Source: an uncultured Chloroflexia bacterium
Lineage (GTDB): Bacteria; Chloroflexota; Chloroflexia; Thermomicrobiales; UBA6265
Reading direction: 5' to 3'
Length of the DNA stretch: 64,000 nt
NCBI GenBank assembly: GCA_963724295.1
Contig: CAVRUC010000013.1
Span: forward strand, 256,001 to 320,000
The position numbers and the translations under genes are program-made. Within the stretch, counting starts at the first letter, position 1; each line of letters begins with the position of its first letter. Positions 1 to 9,919 of the stretch are shown piece by piece. The notes under the pieces are model-generated. The model did not search any database. It worked only from the letters and a program-made list of their open reading frames with translations, and was not told where the DNA came from.

Positions 1-1
1 G

Positions 2-697
2 GCTATCGTGGCCGCACTCTCGGCGGCGCTGGCGGCGGGCGCATCACTCACCGCGGTCAGCCAGGCGGTGTGCTACGCGGCGGCGTTGCGGGTGGCGCGG
101 TTCCACACCAGCAACGAGTTCTCCGACTGGATCACCGTGCTGCACACGTTCACCCACGCGAATGCCGTGCACCAACTCCTGCGCCGCTCGCCTTCTCCGG
201 AGTTGCTGCGCGGCGTCTACCACGCGGCAATGCGGCTCTATCTCGACCGCTTCCTGAACATGCCAGCCGCCCGCTTACCGGAGGAGCGGCCGGGGAAGCT
301 CGCCACATTGCCCACCGACGCCGGCGCTCTGCTCGTTGCATTGCGCGATCTCCTCGACCGGGAGCAGCAGATTGATACCGCCGGTCTCATCGTCCACCGG
401 TACCTCTCCCTCGACTACGATCCCGACCCTTTGCTCGCCGAGCTCGGTCATTTGCTCCTGCGCGAGGATGGAGAGTTCCATTCCTACCAGATGCTCGAAG
501 CCGGTGTGGCACTGCACAGCGAACTGACATCCGAGGATCCCGTGGCGGCGGATCGTGTCCTGGTCGCCGTGGCTCGCTATCTCGCGGCGCACGCTCCGAC
601 GAGCCGGGCCATGCTGCAAACGGCGAAGACAGCGCGCCGGCTGCGCCGCGGTGAGGATCTGGCGGCCGAGTCTGCGGAGGAGGCAGAATCTGAGTAG
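2..697 (+). CDS. 5'-truncated helical protein; resembles the C-terminal part of Rieske/ferredoxin-fused proteins
   Basis: Frame is open from the window edge; His-rich motifs WITVLHTFTHANA and EDGEFHSYQMLEA. Family assignment from memory. Confidence 0.55.
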   Translation, partial: AIVAALSAALAAGASLTAVSQAVCYAAALRVARFHTSNEFSDWITVLHTFTHANAVHQLLRRSPSPELLRGVYHAAMRLYLDRFLNMPAARLPEERPGKLATLPTDAGALLVALRDLLDREQQIDTAGLIVHRYLSLDYDPDPLLAELGHLLLREDGEFHSYQMLEAGVALHSELTSEDPVAADRVLVAVARYLAAHAPTSRAMLQTAKTARRLRRGEDLAAESAEEAESE

Positions 698-757
698 GGC
701 GAGTCGGGCGTTGCATTGTCACCATGAAACCACGCGACACAGCAAAGGACCCTGACA

Positions 758-1237
758 ATGAACCGGGCCACCATTCCTGCCCATGACGACCTGTTCACCA
801 ACGGACAGAGGAAGCCTGAGGCGATCGGTCTCTTCGAGATGGTGCTTGAAGTCGCGGACCTGGCCGCGGCGGAGCGTTTCTATCACGACATCATCGGGCT
901 TCCCGTTGTCGAGCGCTGGACCGACGAGCGGCCAGCCGTCTGGCTGGCACTGGGTCGAGAGGGCTTCCTGGGACTCTGGCCGCCGGAGACGGGCGGCGCC
1001 GTCGCCATCCACGGCGGCCGCGGTGGCCGGCACGTCCACTTCGCGCTTCGCGTACCGATGGGTACGCTGGACACGGTCAAGGCGCGACTTGAATCTCTCG
1101 AGTACCCGGTTGAATCTTGGGACTTCGGCAACGGCAACCGGGCCATCTATCTCGACGACCCCGACGGCAACGTCATCGAGCTCACCGAGCGCGCCACACT
1201 TTGGGACGGAAGCGCGGCAACGGAGGGTGTTGGATGA
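758..1237 (+). CDS. VOC/glyoxalase family protein
   Basis: VADLAAAERFY..GL, HFAL and IYLDDPDGNVIEL motifs; AAGGA SD. Confidence 0.9.
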   Translation: MNRATIPAHDDLFTNGQRKPEAIGLFEMVLEVADLAAAERFYHDIIGLPVVERWTDERPAVWLALGREGFLGLWPPETGGAVAIHGGRGGRHVHFALRVPMGTLDTVKARLESLEYPVESWDFGNGNRAIYLDDPDGNVIELTERATLWDGSAATEGVG

Positions 1238-1243
1238 TGCCTG

Positions 1244-1546
1244 ATGGCTGCGGGCTACGAGCTCAGGCGGTTCGAGCAGGCGATTCGTCGCCTTGCCGAC
1301 CCACAAATTGTCAGCCGCATCCCAGGGTTCCAGGAGTATCTCTTCGTCGATGCCGGCGATGGCGCGCACCTGACCATCAGCCTCTACGACGATCCGAGCG
1401 GCGCCGAGCAATCGACGCGGGACGCGGCCAGTTGGGCGGCGGAGAATGTCTCCGCGCTCATCGAGGGACCGCCTCAGGTCACGACAGGCTGGGTCCGCAT
1501 CCACGTCGACGCGGATGACATCGACGAGGGCACGCCAACGGCGTAG
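1244..1546 (+). CDS. small dimeric alpha/beta-barrel (ABM-like) hypothetical protein
   Basis: IPGFQEYLFVDAGDG..TISLYDD pattern; follows the VOC gene. Confidence 0.6.
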   Translation: MAAGYELRRFEQAIRRLADPQIVSRIPGFQEYLFVDAGDGAHLTISLYDDPSGAEQSTRDAASWAAENVSALIEGPPQVTTGWVRIHVDADDIDEGTPTA

Positions 1547-1571
1547 ATGCGCGGTTGAGCCGAGATCCGCG

Positions 1572-1967
1572 CTAAAAGGTCACCCCGCTGACGAGGATCA
1601 CGTTGTGATATGGCGTGCACTCGCCGGTGCGTACGATAGCGCGCGCCCGGGCACTGAGACGTTTCAACTCGTCATGGGACACGGAGCGAAAGCGCCCGTG
1701 CGGGAACAGCTCGCGTAGAGCGGCTGGCAACGCCTCATCCCGCGCCAGGAGCTCATCGGCAACGATGACCTCCTCGACCTGAAGCTCGTCGGCGACCGCG
1801 CGGGTGACGTCCAGCATCGGTGGCAAACCGCAACGAACGGCCAGGTCGATGCAGGCGACTCCCGGTGGGACGGGCAACCCGGCGTCGGCGATGACCAGCA
1901 GATCGGTGTGACCCATACTCGCGATCGTCCCGGCCAGCGCATGCTGGAGCAGGCCACGTTTTCTCAT
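1572..1967 (-). CDS. rbsD: D-ribose pyranase
   Basis: MGHTDLLVIADAGLP and IVRTGECTPYHNVIL signatures. Confidence 0.93.
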   Translation of the reverse strand: MRKRGLLQHALAGTIASMGHTDLLVIADAGLPVPPGVACIDLAVRCGLPPMLDVTRAVADELQVEEVIVADELLARDEALPAALRELFPHGRFRSVSHDELKRLSARARAIVRTGECTPYHNVILVSGVTF

Positions 1968-4502
1968 GATGCCTTGCTCCGCACCGGGCGCTCGGTTGCG
2001 TCATACCCGAAGAAGCGGTCAAAGATCTTCGCCTCCCAGACCCAACGCAACACGTACATCCAGATCAGGACGACGAGGACAATGATCCCGAAATCGACGG
2101 TCAGTTTGCTGCGCATGCCGAAGAACTCGCGTAGCCCGGGGACCACGAGAACGATCGCGTAGAGCGGCACCATCGCCAGCGCCAGGTAGGCGGGTCGCCG
2201 GTCGCCATCCATCTCCTCGACGACGGCAAACCACGGCCCAGGCGGAGCGGCAAAGAGCACCAGCAGCAGCCCGCCCAGCACCAGCACATGGGTCAGCGCT
2301 TCGCGGCTGGCCAAGTCCTGCTGGGGCACCGACGTCACCGCCGCGATGCCACCGGCCCGGAACGCCGGCAGGTCGAGGTCGTACACGATATAGACGCCGA
2401 TGTAGACGGCGAACGCGGCGAGCGCCAGGAGGGTCGATGCCGGCAGCACGAATCGCAGCAGCCGGCGTGGCAAGCTGCGAGGCGGCGGGCCGGGCCGCGT
2501 CCAGAGCGCAATACCGAAGGTAGGAATACCGACCGTGAGCAACGTCAGCAGGGTGATCTGAGCCGGCGATATGGGGAACCCGGCCTCGACGACCAATACG
2601 GCGAGGATGATCAATGCCACCGTGAACACGCGGGTCAGGAAAAGCTCCAGAATGCGGCAAAGGCCGCGCCGGATGCGCTGTCCCTCCCGGAACGCGCTTG
2701 GCAGGGCGCCGAACGAATCATGCAGGAGAACGATATCAGCCGCGTCCCGGGTCGCCTGGCTGCCGCTCTGCATGGCGATACCGAGATTCGCCTGCTTCAG
2801 GCTGAGGACGTCGTTGACCCCATCTCCGGTCATGGCAACGTAGTGGCCGTTTCCCCGCAGTGCTTCGACCAGCCGCTGCTTCTGCTCCGGTGTCACGCGG
2901 CCAAAGACCGTCGAGCGCTCCGCGGCGTCCATGAACTGCGATTTGTCCATCCCGTCGAGATCGAGCCCGGAGACGAGCACGGCATCGCCAGACAGGCCGG
3001 CTTGCCGGGCCAGCGCCGCAACGGTCTCCGGGTTATCCCCCGAGATGACCTTCAGCGTGATCCCGGCATCGCGGAAGCCATTGAGCGCCTTGTCGACGTT
3101 GGGGCGTAACTCGTCAGTGAACCCGAGCCAGGCAACGGGCTTCACCCCCGGAGGCAGCGCCGGCAGACCATCGACCTCCCGAAATGCCGCCGGAGTTGGG
3201 CCGTGGGCGAAGAGGAGCATGCGCATGCCCTTCTCTCCCCAGCCCTGGGGAGGCGCCAGCGGTCCCTTGGTTGCACGTTCCAGCTGTGGGCCGAGGAATT
3301 CCGGGGCGCCGAGGGCGAAGACACCCCGGAACCCATCGCTATCGGCGCTGACCCCGCTCCATTTGTAGGCGGACGAGAAAGGGACTTCGTGCTGGATGGG
3401 GTGCTGTTCGCCGGGGATGGCGTCCGCCAGTGCATCGCTGGTTTTCGTCCCGGCAGAGGTGCTGCGGGCGAACGTGCCCAGCATCGCCCGCACGTCCGCT
3501 TCATCGGCATCAATCGGCTGCACGTCGGCCAGCCGCATCTTGTTCGCGGTAAGCGTGCCGGTCTTGTCCATGCAGAAGACGTCGACGTTGGAGAGAGACT
3601 CGACGGCGTTCGTCCCCTGCACCAACGCATCCTGGTTTGCCAGGCGGACGGCGCCCATCGAGTAGGTGACGATGATCATCAGGAAGAGTCCCGAGGGCAC
3701 GATGCCGAGTACCACCGCCGCGGCCAGCACCGTCTCCTCGGCCGGGTATCCCCAGATCAACGAGCCGAGCAGCACGGTGACGAGGAAGAACGCCGCGATC
3801 ACCAGCAACAGCCGCACGATCAGGTTGACCTGAATCTGGAGCGGAGTGAGTGGAACGCGGTACGCGCGGGCTCCCGCGGTCATCCTGGCGACAGTGTTGG
3901 CGACCCCGACGCGGTCGGCCTGATACCACCCCGATCCGGAGGTACAGAAGCTCCCGGAGGAGACGGGATCACCGGGATGCTTCGCCACCGGATCGGACTC
4001 GCCAGTCAGCAGCGACTCGTCCATCTCCAGTGCGCTGTCGCCGACGACCGTCCCGTCGGCAAAGACCTGATCACCGGCGCGCAGGCGCAGGACGTCGCCG
4101 CGCACGATCTGGTCCGGATCGAGTGAACGCTCACGACCATCGCGCACGACAGTCGCCTGACTGCGGTTGAGCAAGGCGATCTGGTCCAGCCGGCGCTTGG
4201 CGCGCGTCTCCTGGAAGACCCCCACCAACCCATTGACGACCGCCAGACCCGAGGCGAGCAAGGCGTCGCGATAGAGCCCCATCGCCACCAGGACCACGCC
4301 GACGACCAGCAAGGTGATATTGATAAAGGTGAAGAGGTTGCGCCGGACGATATCCCACCAGGAGCGGCCGCTGGAGTCTGGCACAGCGTTGCCCCCCTCG
4401 CTGGCCAGACGGGCGCGACGCCTCGGCCTCGCTGAGGCCGGACATCGTGTCTGTTGCCGGCACGGCCTCCGCCTCAGCCGTGGCTATCTGCGTCTCCGCC
4501 AT
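1964..4502 (-). CDS. cation-transporting P-type ATPase (CtpE-like); 1-nt frameshift near 4412
   Basis: DKTGTLT, TGES and GDGVND motifs; the GLSEAEA N-terminus lies in the adjacent frame, ATG 4502 with AGGAG SD. Confidence 0.9.
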
Positions 4503-4864
4503 TGTCTCTCCTGCATTGCGCCGCCATGGCCTATGTCACCCACGCATGGGTGATCGTTCGGGTTGGGAGAAAGCGCAGTTCAGCTATTTTGCCGCAGAAT
4601 CGGGAGCGGTGCTCCGGCGTCTGCCGGTGCCGGACATGTCATTGTGGTGCAACGAGCGACTCTGTCGTGTCAGCAGCCGAAACGACGCGCCGTCTGCAGG
4701 CGTCATAACGGCGAGAGATCGCGTTGCCTGGCCGCCTCCGGCACTTTGCAAGGAGGTGGGCTGGCGCTCCGGGCTCTCAACTGACCTAGCGACCGCGCCC
4801 TCTCCAAGAGAGGCTATGGTGCGCTGGTTTTCCCCAACGCTTGGGAATCTGAAGGGAAACATTC

Positions 4865-5353
4865 ATGGACGAACGACGATTCGACGAACTAACCAAGGCC
4901 CTGGTTGCCGCAAAGCCTTCGCGCCGGGAGGCGCTCCGTCGCCTGGCGGGCGGCGCCCTGGCCGCGGTCTTCGGGGGTGTCGCGCTCGAGGGGGCCTCTG
5001 CCCAACGCGTTGGGATCGAAGCCCGCACGTGCGGCCAGAATTGCAATGTGGATGGTGACGACTGCAACGCCGGCCTCCGATGCGGCGCGGGCAGTACAGA
5101 CTGCGTTGCCATCGTCTCCAGCAAGACCAACTGCAACGGCAACGATGGTTGCCCCGAGAAGTATGAGACGTGCAATAACAACGGCAAGTGCGTCAACACG
5201 GTGGCCAACTGCAATGAGTGCTTTGATAAAGACGATTGCGAGGGGGGCAGGGTCTGCAACAACGGCAAATGCATCGAGCCGGATTGCACGGAGAACAGCG
5301 ACTGCGGCAAAAACAAGAGGTGCCGCAAGGGCGAATGCGTCCGGAAAAACTAG
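4865..5353 (+). CDS. Tat-like secreted Cys-rich repeat protein
   Basis: MDERRFDELTKAL..SRREAL leader, hydrophobic stretch, repeated Cx5Cx4-5Cx4C units. Confidence 0.8.
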   Translation: MDERRFDELTKALVAAKPSRREALRRLAGGALAAVFGGVALEGASAQRVGIEARTCGQNCNVDGDDCNAGLRCGAGSTDCVAIVSSKTNCNGNDGCPEKYETCNNNGKCVNTVANCNECFDKDDCEGGRVCNNGKCIEPDCTENSDCGKNKRCRKGECVRKN

Positions 5354-5519
5354 CCCCCGCCACTCACCGGCTCCGGTCTCACGAGGGTGCCCCGGCCGTG
5401 GATGTTCACCGACTGGGAGAACCGAGGTGGAACGTCGCGCGCCGCCTCGAGGGTCGCGAGCTCCCGCACAGAGCTCCGTACCTGGCATCGTAACGAACCG
5501 ACCGTGAGTCGTGAGCCAT

Positions 5520-5550
5520 TGGCGGACGGGGGATGATCCCCCGTCCGCCA
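5520..5550. repeat. perfect palindrome with 15-bp arms (REP-like or terminator)
   Basis: TGGCGGACGGGGGAT-G-ATCCCCCGTCCGCCA. Confidence 0.7.
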
Positions 5551-5801
5551 CGAGCCGTTGGGGGGTGAGCGCTGGGTGCGCTCGTCGGTCAGGCTCACAC
5601 TTAGTTCGTCTCTTTAGGACGGCTTCGTCACAATCCCAATTTCGCTCACTAGAGGTCGGCAGCCACGCCTGCGATCGTCTGCTCCAATAGTGTGCTGGCC
5701 ATTTGTCGTGTCCTCTCATCCATCACCGCCACTTGCCCGGTCGCGGTACAGTCCCACGCGCGCCATGGTGGCTGTGATAAGGCTCAAGCGAGGAGCGGAC
5801 G

Positions 5802-6194
5802 ATGGCGACGACCGTGCGGTGGCTTTCCGGAATCACGATGGCGCTGGTGTTGATCCAGGCCGTGTTGATCGGCCAGGGTCTTTTTCTCGGTGATCCATCG
5901 CGGACGGCTCTGCATGGCTGGATCGGCAACGTCACATTCGTTGCAGCGATCGTCCTCGCTGGCTTGTCAATCATCAGCGTCCGTCGTGGCGAGCTCAGCC
6001 GTCCCGCGGTCGGCCTCAGCGTCCTCGTGGCCGTCCTCACCGTCGCCCAGATCGGGCTCGGGTACTCCGGGCGAGGTGGAGGTGTGCCCGCCGCGCTGCA
6101 CATCCCGAACGGCGTCCTCATTGCGACGTTGTTGGCGGCGCTGCTGACGGTCTCCTTCTGGCCATCGCCGCGTGCGGAACAGATCCGACCATGA
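5802..6194 (+). CDS. 4-TM membrane protein with two helix-embedded His
   Basis: Hydrophobic helices, ALHGW and ALHIPNG; AGGAG SD. Confidence 0.75.
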   Translation: MATTVRWLSGITMALVLIQAVLIGQGLFLGDPSRTALHGWIGNVTFVAAIVLAGLSIISVRRGELSRPAVGLSVLVAVLTVAQIGLGYSGRGGGVPAALHIPNGVLIATLLAALLTVSFWPSPRAEQIRP

Positions 6195-6379
6195 ACCGCC
6201 CGCGGCAAGAGTCGGATCGTGGATCACGCATCCAACTCCTGGCCATCATCCTGGTGACGTTGCTGGTCATGGTGCTCGGCGTGCTGGTTGTCGTCGCGCC
6301 TGACCGCATGGGCGTACCACAGCCGCTCGCAACTCCCGTTGCTCAGCCAGCCGATGGTGACGGGGCGTCAGGGTCGTAG
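6191..6379 (+). CDS. small single-TM protein
   Basis: ATGA overlap with the upstream gene; hydrophobic helix; ATPVA motif. Confidence 0.55.
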   Translation: MNRPRQESDRGSRIQLLAIILVTLLVMVLGVLVVVAPDRMGVPQPLATPVAQPADGDGASGS

Positions 6380-6380
6380 G

Positions 6381-7097
6381 GTGACAGGGGCACAGCGCCG
6401 CAAGGACGCGGAGGAGCTCCTCGACCAGACTGGCCATGATCCAGCCGAGCTTGCGGCCAACCTTCAGGATATTCGCACCGTAAATCGTCTCGCCGGCGGT
6501 ATCGCGACCGTACTACATCACCTGCCAGGGCTGCTCGACCACGTCCCTCATGATCGCCCTGCCGAGATTCTCGATCTAGCCACCGGCGGCGGCGATATTC
6601 CGCGCGCTCTGGCAACCTGGGCCGATCGCCAGCGTCGCCCGCTGCAGCTGACTGTCACCGACCGCTCGCCCGAGATCCTTGCCGAGGCGCGGCGCACGCT
6701 TGCCGGCGTACCCAGGGTGGCCTTCATCGTCTGCGACGCCCGCGCGGTGCCGCTGCCGGACCGCTCGTTCGACGTCGTCCTCTGCTCGCTTGCGTTGCAC
6801 CACTTCGCACCCGCGGAGGCGGTGCAGGTGCTGCGCGAGATGGATCGCCTCTCCCGTATCGGCTTCATCCTGAACGACATCCGCCGCTGCCACGCGGGCT
6901 ATGTCGCCGCCTGGGGAGCGTCCCGCATCGCCACTCGCAACCGGTTGACCCGCCACGACATGCCGCTTTCCGTGCTCCGCGCCTACACGCCTGACGAACT
7001 GCGGGCACTCCTGCGACAGGCCGATATTCTTGATGCAACGGTGGCGACGCATCCCCTCTTCCGCATGGCGGCGGTGCGCCGCAAATTCAGCGTCTGA
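6381..7097 (+). CDS. SAM-dependent methyltransferase (type often paired with type III PKS)
   Basis: EELLD..ANLQDIRTVNR, LDLATGGGD, SLALHHF and TRHDMPLSVLRAYT; start inferred at GTG 6381. Confidence 0.88.
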   Translation: MTGAQRRKDAEELLDQTGHDPAELAANLQDIRTVNRLAGGIATVLHHLPGLLDHVPHDRPAEILDLATGGGDIPRALATWADRQRRPLQLTVTDRSPEILAEARRTLAGVPRVAFIVCDARAVPLPDRSFDVVLCSLALHHFAPAEAVQVLREMDRLSRIGFILNDIRRCHAGYVAAWGASRIATRNRLTRHDMPLSVLRAYTPDELRALLRQADILDATVATHPLFRMAAVRRKFSV

Positions 7098-7098
7098 C

Positions 7099-8314
7099 GT
7101 GCCGAAGCTCGATGCGGATGTCATCGTCGTCGGAGGTGGTCCCGCCGGAAGTGTCTCGGCGTGGCTCCTCGCCGAGCGGGGTCACCGCGTGCTGCTTCTC
7201 GACAAAGCGCGCTTCCCGCGCCACAAGGCGTGCTCGGAGTACGTCAACCCGGCAGGGGCACGGCTGCTCGCCGAGCTGGGACTCGCGGGCGAGCTCGAGG
7301 CTCTGGGCGCGCACCGCATGGAGGCCATGCTCATCCACGCGCCGGGTGGGCACCGTTTTCTCGCCGATTTCGGAGTCGCCGAGCCAGGGAGTACCGCTAT
7401 TGGGCTCTCCCGCTTCCGACTCGACTCCCTGCTCCTCAATCGCGCGCGGGAGGCGGGCGTGGAGGTGCGCGAAGGCGTTCATGTCCGTGACATCCTGATC
7501 GCGGACGGCTCCGTGCAGGGAGTCGAGGCGACAGTCGACGGCGCCCGCATGAACCTCAGGGCCCCGCTGACCATCGGCGCCGACGGACGGCATGGGGTCG
7601 TCGCTCGAGCGCTCGGGCTCGACTCTTCCTTGCCCTGGCCGCGGCGAACGGGGCTAGTGGCCCACTATCGGGGAGTCACCGGGCTCGGCGCCTGGGGCGA
7701 GATGCACGTCGCTCCCGCTCGGCAAGGCTACGCGGGTCTGGCGCCGCTGGAGGAGGGTCTTACTAACGTCGCCTTCGTCACCGCGAGTGCAGCGGTAGCG
7801 AACCGATCTGGGTCACTCGAGGCGTTCTTTGCGGAAGGTCTATCCGGCATCCCGGCTGTTGCCTCCAGGCTTGCTGGAGCGGAGCGAGTCGGCGGCATCC
7901 GCGGCATCGGACCCATGGCCCATCGCGCGCGCGCGGTCATTGGCGACGGGTACATGCTGGTTGGGGATGCCGCGAGCTTCCTCGATCCATTCACCGGCGA
8001 CGGGATCCATGAGGCGTTGCGTGGCGCTACGCTGCTGGCGCCGGTGGCCGACGGCGCATTGCGGGCGGGTGACCTCTCCGCCCGGCGACTCGGACCCTAC
8101 CGCGCCGCGCGTCGCCGCGCGTTTTGGGCCAAGCGACAGGTCTGCTGGCTGGTGCAGGGATTCATCGCCACGCCCGCACTAATGGACTACGCCACCGCGC
8201 GTCTCGAGTCGCCGCGCTACGGCCGCACAGACCCTGGCTGGCGTACTGGGCGATCTCTACCCGGCGCGCCAGGGGCTCTCCCCGGTCTTCCTGGCCCGGC
8301 TGCTCCGGCCATGA
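7099..8314 (+). CDS. FAD-dependent oxidoreductase (geranylgeranyl reductase/monooxygenase family); frameshift near 8208
   Basis: GGGPAG, FPRHKAC, GADG and GDAA..DPFTGDGI; plausible C-terminus TLAGVLGDLYP..LLRP* in a shifted frame. Confidence 0.85.
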
Positions 8315-8315
8315 G

Positions 8316-8463
8316 GCCCTCACCCCAAACGTCCCTCACCCCCAACCACCACCCGCTGCGCGGGTACCCGGCCCGTCGGAGACAGGAGAGGGGGATCGCT
8401 GCTGGGCTGGCCGTTCTCCCTTCTCCCCGCTCCGAGGGGAGAAGGGCTGGGGATGAGAGGGGC
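8316..8463. repeat. REP-like CCCTCACCCC...GGAGAGGG palindromic element between convergent genes
   Basis: CCCTCACCCC twice, CCCTTCTCCCC/GGGGAGAAGGG hairpin, closing GGGGATGAGAGGG. Confidence 0.6.
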
Positions 8464-8465
8464 TG

Positions 8466-9755
8466 TTAGCCCGACGCGTTACAGGTGAAGCTCCAGACGT
8501 GCGACTCGGCGTCCGCCTCGACAATGATGTTGCCGTTCGCATCGACGCGGTCGCTCTCGGCGTAGCACCAGATCATGCTTTCGGATCCGAGCGCGCCCTC
8601 GGGTTTGAGCTGGTAGGTACCCGCGGGGAGATTTCCGAAGCGGGCGCGGCCCTGGGCGTTCGTATCCGAGGTTGCCAGCGGCGCGGAGGCGCCGTTCTCC
8701 GGGTAGAGGCTAAAGCTCATACCGGTGACCGGAGCCGTACATTGACCAAACCAGTCAAATCCCTGTTGCGGCTGCGGGATGTCGCACGTCTTCGCTTCGG
8801 CGATGATCGCCCCCGTGTTCTCCGTTTCTTCGGCCACCTGCACCAACGCGGGTCCGCTTGCCGGGCGCCGGCCAATATCCGTGTCGACCCAGTACGTGGT
8901 CTGCCGTGCGGGAACGACGTTCCCCTCCAGCTCCAGCGTCAGTTTGCTGAGCTCCACGAGCTGAGTGGTATCGTCGCCGACCTGACCGCCTCCGGCAATC
9001 GCGACGTTGTTGTCGCCGCCGGATGCATCGGCATTTGCCGTGCCGCCACTGGCATCGATCGCCACGTTGGCATCATCACCGCGGATATCGCCAACCGTGA
9101 CCGAGCCGCCGCTGGCATCGGCGTTGGCTACACCACCAGTGCCGGCGTTGGCCTGCCCACCGTCGGCCTCGCCGCCGCCACCTTGAGTCCGCTCCCGTTC
9201 CTTGACCACGCTGGTCTCTTCCGAGATCAGGAACGCGCAAATGTCGGCCGGCGGGATCGTGATCTTGCGGACTGGTGGTGCTCCGGCTGCGCCCCGCCCC
9301 GTGCAATCACAGACCGTGCGGTAGAGTGGGGCGTCGAATTTGCAGACGACGTCGATCCAGTAGGTCGGAGGCGTGCCAAAGAACTCCTGGCTTCCGGCGA
9401 GCGTTGTCTGGGTCGTGTCCATCGTCACGACCTGCTGGTTCGTCTGAGCGCAATTGCCGGCGCAGACCTGATTGTTCGCGTTCACGACCGTCTGAGTCGA
9501 TTGTGAGGAACTCGTGGCGACTCCACCCGGGGCGTTGACACTGACATCGGTGTTGTCGCCGCCCTTGTCTCTGTCGCGGTTGTTATCTCGTTTCTTGTCA
9601 TTGTCGTCGTCATTGCCATCAGCTTGAGCCGAGGGAATGCCGAGAAATCCCATCGGGCTGGCAATTGCCGAGGCGACCACCCGCCGCAGGACAGAGCGCC
9701 GCGACGCACCCGTAGTCATCGTCTTCGCAAGCCGATCGAAATCTGGATAATCCAT
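8466..9755 (-). CDS. Tat-like secreted protein with DASGG repeats and a C-terminal prealbumin/SpaA-like domain
   Basis: MDYPDFDRLAK..SRR leader after a GGGAGG SD; TSDTNAQGRARFGNLPAGTYQL. Confidence 0.75.
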   Translation of the reverse strand: MDYPDFDRLAKTMTTGASRRSVLRRVVASAIASPMGFLGIPSAQADGNDDDNDKKRDNNRDRDKGGDNTDVSVNAPGGVATSSSQSTQTVVNANNQVCAGNCAQTNQQVVTMDTTQTTLAGSQEFFGTPPTYWIDVVCKFDAPLYRTVCDCTGRGAAGAPPVRKITIPPADICAFLISEETSVVKERERTQGGGGEADGGQANAGTGGVANADASGGSVTVGDIRGDDANVAIDASGGTANADASGGDNNVAIAGGGQVGDDTTQLVELSKLTLELEGNVVPARQTTYWVDTDIGRRPASGPALVQVAEETENTGAIIAEAKTCDIPQPQQGFDWFGQCTAPVTGMSFSLYPENGASAPLATSDTNAQGRARFGNLPAGTYQLKPEGALGSESMIWCYAESDRVDANGNIIVEADAESHVWSFTCNASG

Positions 9756-9919
9756 GCTGAATGCCTCCCATGGCGTCACAGACACCGCCAAAAGGCAGCG
9801 CATCGCCGGTTCCATTGGTGCAGGAGCCGTGCCACGCTGACAACGCGCAGGGGACAGGTCCAGTTGCGGAGCGGTAGCATGGAGCTCCGGAACGTCGACT
9901 GCCGTGGCGCACTAGGAGC

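Noticed and set aside
5420..5450. T-box antiterminator-like CGAGGTGGAAC..CCTCG
   Set aside because: The bulge deviates from UGGNACC, there is no stem I, and no amino-acid gene lies downstream.
7030..8469. 479-aa oxidoreductase with a Pro-rich tail
   Set aside because: The tail is frameshift read-through into a REP-like element.
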